Part shown: positions 57,681 to 64,000 of the stretch, in pieces | Layout: every line of letters begins with the position of its first letter | Numbering within the stretch: position 1 is the first letter of the stretch | NCBI GenBank assembly: GCA_963666425.2 | Contig: OY762825.2 | Span: forward strand, 2,784,001-2,848,000 | Direction of reading: 5' to 3' | DNA from: Bacillota bacterium | Lineage (GTDB): Bacteria > Bacillota > JAAYKD01 | DNA: 64,000 nt | The notes under the pieces: model-generated | What the model was told of the DNA's origin: nothing | The model's database searches: none | Seen by the model: only the letters and a program-made list of their open reading frames with translations | Position numbers and translations under genes: made by a program

Positions 57681-57948
57681 TGTATTTTATCAAGAAGAAA
57701 TCCCTGAAATTATCAAGATAAATTCCCGAAAAGAATCAAAGGTAATCCCGGGAAGAATCATAGAGGTTATTTTGTAGTTTGGCGCATCAAAGCATGAATT
57801 ATTCGGTAGCTTTGGCCCTTAAAAATCAGATGATGACCATTGTGACCAAACGGTCAGTCATGGCAGCGGCCATCCACTCATCAGTGAAAATACCACCCCA
57901 TTTGGAAAATTCGATGACCGTTGTGAGAATCAAGCTCTTCTTCTCGTA
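57681..57948 (-). mobile_element. istB: IS21-family remnant: istB 3' fragment and right end
   Basis: Minus strand YEKKSLILTTVIEFSKWGGIFTDEWMAAAMTDRLV, frameshift, GHHLIFKGQSYRIIHALMR; followed by a multi-repeat end finishing in ACA. Confidence 0.8.
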
Positions 57949-58359
57949 GTTGTGCTTTTCCCATGAGTGCCAGTTCTTCCATCTCTCCATTTAGTTATAC
58001 ATCGATTGATTTGGATTAGCAAAAGCGCAAACTATTTTACAATACCTTCTTGCTTATGCAAAGAAGATTGTCAGTTCAAACCTGCTTACCTAAAAGCCTG
58101 TAATATTTGCTGTCAAATTACGGCCAAAAATTCCTGTCAGTTTGCGGCCAAAGCACTTGGCAGCAACGAAATGGTCTGGACGCATTCAAGATTGGAAGCA
58201 TATTCTCTTACAATTATCGATTTATTTTCCGTATAAGATTTCATCCCACTTGCAGTAATGCTTGTTCTGGTAAGCAAAAGCACAAAACTCTTGACAGACC
58301 CAATGCGGCAGCTTTCAGAACAAAAAAATAAACAAGTGGAAGTTTGATTTGGAGGATTT

Positions 58360-59247
58360 ATGGGAAAGAACATTTTCAAAAAAAGAATAATATTGTACTT
58401 AGCTCTTATTTATTCCTTTCTTTTTATCGGGTGGTTGTCAATATTGGCATTTTCAAATGCGTATATAATAGTATGGGGACTTTTTAGTATATTTCCAATT
58501 ATAGCAACTATTATTACCAAGAAGATTACCAAAGATCAATTCCCATGGCTTCTAAAACCAAATTTTAAGAAAAATCGGAAAATCTATTTGTTTTCAGCGT
58601 TTGCTCCGGGACTTGCCATATTCATTGGAGCAATGGCGTTTTATTTGTTATTTCCAAATGATCTGGATTTCAGTGGCAGGTATATAGTTGAAAATTATTC
58701 ACAGTATGGAGCTCCTGCTGCTCTGCATCTCACGATTGGGAATATAGTTACTATTGGCATTGGCGCAATAATAATTTCACCTTTCATTCTGCCAGTACAC
58801 ATTTTTGCTTTAGGAGAAGAAATCGGTTGGAGGGGATATTTATTACCACTTCTTCTGCAAATCACAAGTACAAAAAAAGCAGTTTTACTTCATGGATTCC
58901 TTTGGGGGATTGCTCATGCTGCATTGATATACTTTGGTTTTAATTATTCTATGGATTACTGGGGAGCTCCTTATTCTGGCATGATTATGATGATATTTGT
59001 ATGCGTGGTGTTAGGTATTTGGCTTGCTTATGTTACCATAAAATCAGGAAGCATTATTCCAGCGACCATACTACATGGAGCATCAAATGTTATTGGTGAG
59101 TTACCTATAATGGTATCCTTATTAAGTGTGAGCCGATTACTAGGCCCTAATCCAACAGGGATTATTGGTTTGAGTGGTTTGATATTGGGAGCAGTGCTTT
59201 TATTACAGAGAATGCCAAAAAATAATGATAAATTCGGAATGCCATAA
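58360..59247 (+). CDS. CPBP (CAAX/Abi) intramembrane glutamic endopeptidase
   Basis: GEEIGWRGY, WGIAH and HGASN motifs; multiple TM segments. Confidence 0.9.
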   Translation: MGKNIFKKRIILYLALIYSFLFIGWLSILAFSNAYIIVWGLFSIFPIIATIITKKITKDQFPWLLKPNFKKNRKIYLFSAFAPGLAIFIGAMAFYLLFPNDLDFSGRYIVENYSQYGAPAALHLTIGNIVTIGIGAIIISPFILPVHIFALGEEIGWRGYLLPLLLQITSTKKAVLLHGFLWGIAHAALIYFGFNYSMDYWGAPYSGMIMMIFVCVVLGIWLAYVTIKSGSIIPATILHGASNVIGELPIMVSLLSVSRLLGPNPTGIIGLSGLILGAVLLLQRMPKNNDKFGMP

Positions 59248-59487
59248 ATCAAGATAGCAACGTTGAGTGAAATTGATACTTACTCTCTAGAATGGGCATT
59301 CCGGTTTTCAGCGAAAATCCGATAAACCGCTCTGGTTTCAACCCTCGCTGATGCAAAACGAAGCCAAGCTGTGGTAAAAGTTCTTTCCTTACAATTTTTG
59401 TATGCATACGATGGACGAGTGCAACGAGATTCTTACAGTGAAAGGCTTTGACAAACTAGTCGGTAGAAACAAAGGGGGTTTGATATT

Positions 59488-61671
59488 ATGACGCAAGAGG
59501 AATTTTCTGAGAAATTCCTGTCACATCTGAATAAACAGCAAAAAGAAGCGATCCAGGCAGTCGATGGTGCAGTACTTCTGCTTGCTGTTCCCGGGAGCGG
59601 AAAAACGACAGTGCTGGTGACCCGGCTTGGTTATATGGTCTACTGCCGTGATATTGCCCCGCGTAGCATTTTGACAATGACATACACTGTAGCCGCCACC
59701 AAGGAAATGCAGCAGCGTTTTTCCTCTATGTTCGGCAGTGAATACGCCGAGATTTTAGAGTTTCGCACCATCAACGGCTTGTCCGCAAAAATCATAAATT
59801 ACTACAGCCGGAACTACGGAAAAGGGAGCCCTTTTGAATTGCTCGATAATGGTGGCGAATTGGCACGAATGGTAGGACGGATTTATCAAGAAATTAATGA
59901 CGAGTACGCTACCGAGAGTACAATCAAAGATATCCGTTCTAGCATCACCTACATCAAAAATATGATGCTCACAAAAGAAGGAATAGATTCTCTCGATGTA
60001 GGCATTCTGCAGATGCCGCAGATATACAATCAATACTGTTCGGAACTTAAGCAGAGAAGACTCATGGATTACGATGACCAGATGTCGTATGCGCTTAACA
60101 TTCTCAAATCAGTCCCTGCAGTCCTTGAGCACTTTCAAGAAAAGTATCGCTACATCTGCGTTGATGAAGCTCAGGACACATCAAAAATACAGCATACCAT
60201 TATCCACCTGTTAGCACAAAAATACAGCAACATCTTTATGGTCGGTGATGAGGATCAGAGTATTTACGGTTTCCGTGCTGCCTACCCTGATGCACTAATG
60301 AGCTTCAGCAAGAACTACCCCAAGGCAAAGGTGCTGCTGATAGAGTATAACTATCGCTCTACAAAAGAAATCGTGACTGTGGCGAATGCGTTTGTGTTAA
60401 AAAATAAATTTCGCTATAAAAAAGTCATCAAACCAACCCGTGGCAACGGACTCCCAATACAGGTAATCCAGGCCGCTGATCGTTCAACGCAGTATAAATA
60501 TCTTTTTACTGTTGCACAGACCTGTGAAACCGAAACCGCTGTCTTGTTCCGCAATAATGACAGCGCCTTACCGCTCATTGATATGCTTGAGCGCAACAGC
60601 ATTCCTTACAATTACAGACAACTTGATGGAGTCTTCTTCTCCAATCGTATCGTTGTCGATATAACAGACATTATAAACTTTGCATATAACCCGCATGATG
60701 CAGATGCCTTCATGCGTGTATACTATAAATTCGGCAAGTATTTGAACAAAATAGCGGCTATCTATGCTTGTGAACAGAGCAAACGCTCTGGAAAGCCGAT
60801 TCTTGACGAACTGATCAATTTTCCGGAACTGAGCAGCTTTGCCAAGGAAGGTGTAATCAGTCTTCTGGCACTTCTGCCGATGATAACAAAAAGCAACGGT
60901 ATTAAAGCCGTCCAGCTGATATGGAATACGTCAGGTTATGGCCAGTATGTAACTGCCAATAAGCTAGATGCAGGAAAGTTTGCAACCCTATGTATGCTCG
61001 GTGAAAACGAGGCAAGCCCACGCGACCTACTTCGTAGACTAAAAGAGCTGCGAGACATCATCCAAAATCATAAAAACAGCAACTCCAATCAATTCATACT
61101 GTCCACGATTCACTCAAGCAAAGGGCTGGAGTATGATCGAGTGTTTCTGCTCGATATCTTTGACGGAATATTGCCGTCAAAGGCTGACCCGGACGTGGCA
61201 TCCCAAGAGGAGATCAAACAATACGAGGAAGATCGCAGGCTCTATTATGTAGGTATGACCCGTGCCAGGAATGAGTTGTATCTCTTCAACTGCCGCAATA
61301 CCAATTCTGCTTTTACGAGCGAAGTGCTGCGCTCTCTCCCAAGGGTAATCAAAGCCGCAGGCAGCGCTAGTTCTATATCTAAACGAAGCTTTGGTGATAA
61401 AACCTATACACACAAAGATGAAGCCGCTCCCAAACGAAAGTCCACGAACTTGCAGGGACACATAGAGGAAAAAGAGAAAGCGCGCCAAACTCAAGAACTA
61501 GAAAGTTTGCTGTTGAAGATGACCGCTGGCGGGGCTGTAACGCATAGAGTATTCGGCAAAGGTGTGATTACGGAAAATGACGGAACTTATGTTACCATCC
61601 GTTTTAGATCAGTTGGAGAAAAGAAATTCAACCTGATAATGGCAGTGCAGCATGGAGTAATTGAGATATAA
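59488..61671 (+). CDS. UvrD/PcrA-family SF1A helicase (accessory paralog)
   Basis: AVPGSGKTT, VDEAQD, VGDEDQSIYGFR, STIHSSKGLEYD and YVGMTRAR motifs. Confidence 0.92.
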   Translation: MTQEEFSEKFLSHLNKQQKEAIQAVDGAVLLLAVPGSGKTTVLVTRLGYMVYCRDIAPRSILTMTYTVAATKEMQQRFSSMFGSEYAEILEFRTINGLSAKIINYYSRNYGKGSPFELLDNGGELARMVGRIYQEINDEYATESTIKDIRSSITYIKNMMLTKEGIDSLDVGILQMPQIYNQYCSELKQRRLMDYDDQMSYALNILKSVPAVLEHFQEKYRYICVDEAQDTSKIQHTIIHLLAQKYSNIFMVGDEDQSIYGFRAAYPDALMSFSKNYPKAKVLLIEYNYRSTKEIVTVANAFVLKNKFRYKKVIKPTRGNGLPIQVIQAADRSTQYKYLFTVAQTCETETAVLFRNNDSALPLIDMLERNSIPYNYRQLDGVFFSNRIVVDITDIINFAYNPHDADAFMRVYYKFGKYLNKIAAIYACEQSKRSGKPILDELINFPELSSFAKEGVISLLALLPMITKSNGIKAVQLIWNTSGYGQYVTANKLDAGKFATLCMLGENEASPRDLLRRLKELRDIIQNHKNSNSNQFILSTIHSSKGLEYDRVFLLDIFDGILPSKADPDVASQEEIKQYEEDRRLYYVGMTRARNELYLFNCRNTNSAFTSEVLRSLPRVIKAAGSASSISKRSFGDKTYTHKDEAAPKRKSTNLQGHIEEKEKARQTQELESLLLKMTAGGAVTHRVFGKGVITENDGTYVTIRFRSVGEKKFNLIMAVQHGVIEI

Positions 61672-61888
61672 ATTTACTGACCATGTTGCGGGCATACGCC
61701 AAGCGGCAGTAATGAAAACCGGATGTCAAGGTGACCGATATGCGGCACAGATAGGCCATCAGATTCTGTTCTCTGAGCGGAACGCTTCGCTGACCGAGAA
61801 CAACATAGGGCATTGATTCGTGGAGCAGTACACAGCTTATATGGACGTTACCCCAAAACACACGCGACAATCAAAATAAATAACATGC

Positions 61889-61935
61889 TTGATTTTCACC
61901 ACTTAAAGCATTATAATTGCTTTAGGTGGTGAAAA
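61889..61935 (+). promoter_or_regulatory. AbiE-type promoter with overlapping inverted-repeat operator
   Basis: TTGATT-17 bp-TATAAT; imperfect IR TTTTCACCACTTAAAGCA / TGCTTTAGGTGGTGAAAA. Confidence 0.75.
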
Positions 61936-61936
61936 T

Positions 61937-62539
61937 ATGATAAAGACGATAGCGATGTTAATGGCTGAACTGAAAGAGTATGTGAATCCAACAGCTAAGA
62001 TCCGGCGGCTCGTGGATGAAGGGAAATTGATTCCCGTTGTCAGAGGTTTGTACGAAACAGATGGGAGCATACCAGGATACTATCTTGCTCCAATTATTTA
62101 CGGACCTTCATATTTGTCTTTTGAATTTGCATTGGCATACTACTCGCTTATTCCAGAAGCGGTATACAGTTTTACATCAGCAACTTTTGAAAAGAAAAAA
62201 GCAAAGCAATATACAACACCCTATGGTACATTTACTTATCGTGATGTTCCAAGCGAAGCATATCCTGCTGGTATTGTTCTGCATTCTGAGAACGGGTATG
62301 GGTTTCAAATTGCGACTCCTGAGAAAGCCATCTGCGATGAACTCTACAAAATTTCTCCTCTAAAGAACAGTGGCGATTTGGAACGCCTTTTATTCGAAGA
62401 CCTAAGAATTGACAAGGAAGAATTCTATCATCTGAAACTATCGGATTTACTTGAAATAGCGGCTCTTTATCACACGCAGAATCACAAGCTGCTGCAGGCT
62501 TATCTCAGAAGGGGAATAAAAAATGGATCAAATTATTGA
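61937..62539 (+). CDS. Type IV toxin-antitoxin AbiEi-like antitoxin
   Basis: wHTH LVDEGKLIPVVRGLY, PSYLSFEFALAYYSLIPE and IATPEKAICD motifs. Confidence 0.85.
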   Translation: MIKTIAMLMAELKEYVNPTAKIRRLVDEGKLIPVVRGLYETDGSIPGYYLAPIIYGPSYLSFEFALAYYSLIPEAVYSFTSATFEKKKAKQYTTPYGTFTYRDVPSEAYPAGIVLHSENGYGFQIATPEKAICDELYKISPLKNSGDLERLLFEDLRIDKEEFYHLKLSDLLEIAALYHTQNHKLLQAYLRRGIKNGSNY

Positions 62540-62558
62540 GCAAATGTTGACGCAATAG
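62523..62558 (+). pseudogene. Probable 5' stub of an AbiEii-like toxin, cut at the G-rich motif
   Basis: MDQIIEQMLTQ-TAG overlaps the antitoxin 3' end, has an AAGGGG RBS, and the motif starts at the next base. Confidence 0.65.
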
Positions 62559-62588
62559 ATGTTCCAGGGGGACGGGGGTGTTGGCACG
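62559..62588 (+). repeat. G-rich boundary motif copy 4
   Basis: ATGTTCCAGGGGGACGGGGGTGTTGGCACG. Confidence 0.9.
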
Positions 62589-62667
62589 GAGTTGGATAAT
62601 CCAGTTTTACTGAGATCCCAAAACGCTTTATGTATCATATGCGCAACTTGATCAGATAAGTTACTTT

Positions 62668-62804
62668 TCAGCTGTAATCCGAACACCCTGATGCGCGAGG
62701 CTGCCTTTCTGCGTGAGCTGGGCTCTGAAGTGGTCATTGGTCAGGCAGTGGATAGGTTCCCCATGACAATGCACATGGAGACTGCCGTGTTGATGTGTGC
62801 ATAA
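62668..62804 (+). pseudogene. Degenerate copy of the rlmD 3' end
   Basis: SCNPNTLMREAAFLRELGSEVVIGQAVDRFPMTMHMETAVLMCA* versus [46 protein letters not shown] in rlmD. Confidence 0.92.
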
Positions 62805-62833
62805 GTGAATTTTTATGCATTAAGGAGAAACAA

Positions 62834-63313
62834 ATGGAACAGATTTTTATGAGCTTTCTAGACACGGTTCCCGAACACTTAAGACCATTCGTGAGCGAAA
62901 TCGACGCTTATCTGCTAGACAAAAACTGCAAAAGAAGCATTAAGCCCGCGGCAAAAGGATACCTGGTTTCCTATGCGTTGCCGGTTTCAAAGAAAACGCT
63001 GCTCAATTTCGTATTTAGGAAAGGCTGCGTGAAGGCAAGGATTTATGCGGCACATGTAACAGAATATGAGGACCTCGTCAGTGGATTTCCCGAAGCAACA
63101 AAGAAAGAGATAGCGGCCGCCCTTGAATGCAAAAAGTTGACCGGACTTACCTGCAGCCCGACCTGCCCTGCTGGATATACATTTGTAATGGACGGTGTGG
63201 AATACAAGAAATGTCGCAGTATGGCTTTTCTTCCCATACTGAATGAGGAAAATAACCCTTTCATAAGAAAAATGATCGAAGCAGAAGTTTGTTGTTCAAT
63301 GACGGATAGATAA
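62834..63313 (+). CDS. Hypothetical protein with Cys cluster, copy 2
   Basis: Near-identical to 56346-56825. Confidence 0.75.
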   Translation: MEQIFMSFLDTVPEHLRPFVSEIDAYLLDKNCKRSIKPAAKGYLVSYALPVSKKTLLNFVFRKGCVKARIYAAHVTEYEDLVSGFPEATKKEIAAALECKKLTGLTCSPTCPAGYTFVMDGVEYKKCRSMAFLPILNEENNPFIRKMIEAEVCCSMTDR

Positions 63314-63345
63314 ACCTTAATTTGGATTATGCCGAGGTGCAGAGA

Positions 63346-63894
63346 ATGGTTATTTACAGAGAGTTGACAGAGTGTGATATCCTTGATGCTGCCAGGTTGA
63401 AAGCATCATGCTGGGATGAAGAAACTGCAGGCACATCAAGCGAAAAACCTGATATTGTTAAAGAGCATACTTCATTTGTTAAGTGGATGAAGACAGCGGA
63501 TGAAAATGCTGATGTCCGTTTGTTATATGGTGCTTTTGATGACGAAAAGATGGTTGGCACAGTTTTTGCCAGCTTTGTCGAGTCTAAAGATGCTCCCGAA
63601 CACGGATTTGAGTTGAATGGACTCTGGGTGGATCAGGGGTATCGCCGTCGGGGGATAGCATTGACTTTGCTGAAAAAAGTATGCGAAGAGTTTAGAAAAC
63701 TAGGAGCAAAGAAAATGATTGTCTACAATTATCACATTGCTCCGTCAAACAGTTTTTACCTTAAATTTGGGTGTAATGTCATCTCTACGGAATATCAAAC
63801 AAAAGATAGGCTGCAAACCGATATCATCGAAGGAAATATTGAAGATCTGATCACGAGATTATCCGTGTCGCTTCAGAGAGTGGTCTTGAGATAA
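63346..63894 (+). CDS. GNAT acetyltransferase, copy 2
   Basis: Near-identical to 56858-57406. Confidence 0.85.
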   Translation: MVIYRELTECDILDAARLKASCWDEETAGTSSEKPDIVKEHTSFVKWMKTADENADVRLLYGAFDDEKMVGTVFASFVESKDAPEHGFELNGLWVDQGYRRRGIALTLLKKVCEEFRKLGAKKMIVYNYHIAPSNSFYLKFGCNVISTEYQTKDRLQTDIIEGNIEDLITRLSVSLQRVVLR

Positions 63895-63943
63895 TTGTTC
63901 CATCGAAAACAATGCGATAAGTCCAATTCGCCTGGCCATCAGT

Positions 63944-63973
63944 ATGTTCCAAGGGGACGGGGTGCTGGCACAG
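63944..63973 (+). repeat. G-rich boundary motif copy 5 (variant)
   Basis: ATGTTCCAAGGGGACGGGGTGCTGGCACAG. Confidence 0.85.
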
Positions 63974-64000
63974 ACTTGCTGTCACCCACTCAACTCAATT

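Larger units (their letters stand above)
62774..63976 (+). repeat. 1203 bp direct repeat, copy 2
   Basis: Colinear with 56286-57488. Confidence 0.95.

Noticed and set aside
33940-63973. G-rich motif as a CRISPR repeat or G-quadruplex
   Set aside because: Copies are kilobases apart with no spacer periodicity and no cas genes; only two G-tracts of three or more.
33940-63973. Classical integron attC sites
   Set aside because: No RYYYAAC/GTTRRRY-bounded palindromes were seen and no IntI-like gene is present.

Overview
Bacillota (Clostridia/Negativicutes-like) chromosome window in two parts. Bases 1-30519 are GC-richer housekeeping DNA: a serine hydrolase-GNAT fusion, then rpmB, fakA, recG, rsmD, ylbL, tmcAL, yceD-rpmF-plsX-acpP-rnc-smc-ftsY, lysA, scpAB, tmk, typA, pcrA, ligA, an aldo/keto reductase, murB and rlmD. 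Everything after the rlmD (rumA) stop codon is a more AT-rich accessory region with no recognisable integrase. Two non-coding signatures recur there. The first is degenerate copies of the rlmD 3' end (about 32880 weak, 34114, 35312, 56286, 62668). The second is a 30-31 bp motif, ATGTTCCAGGGGGACGGGGGTGTTGGCACAG (33940, 35160, 57456, 62559, 63944), which follows cargo genes. Together they appear to delimit tandem gene cassettes. One 1203 bp unit occurs twice and is bounded by these two signatures, and one motif copy truncates an AbiEii-like toxin after 11 codons. A defence-type island is embedded in the region: RecD-like helicase, Mrr-like nuclease-STAND NTPase, hsdR remnant, EEP pseudogene and RloC-like protein. 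It ends in an unusual three-gene operon with no apparent membrane or export component (GT32-like glycosyltransferase; GT25-sulfotransferase-like-GH16 fusion; NodU-type carbamoyltransferase). All calls come from reading motifs by eye. No database searches were run.
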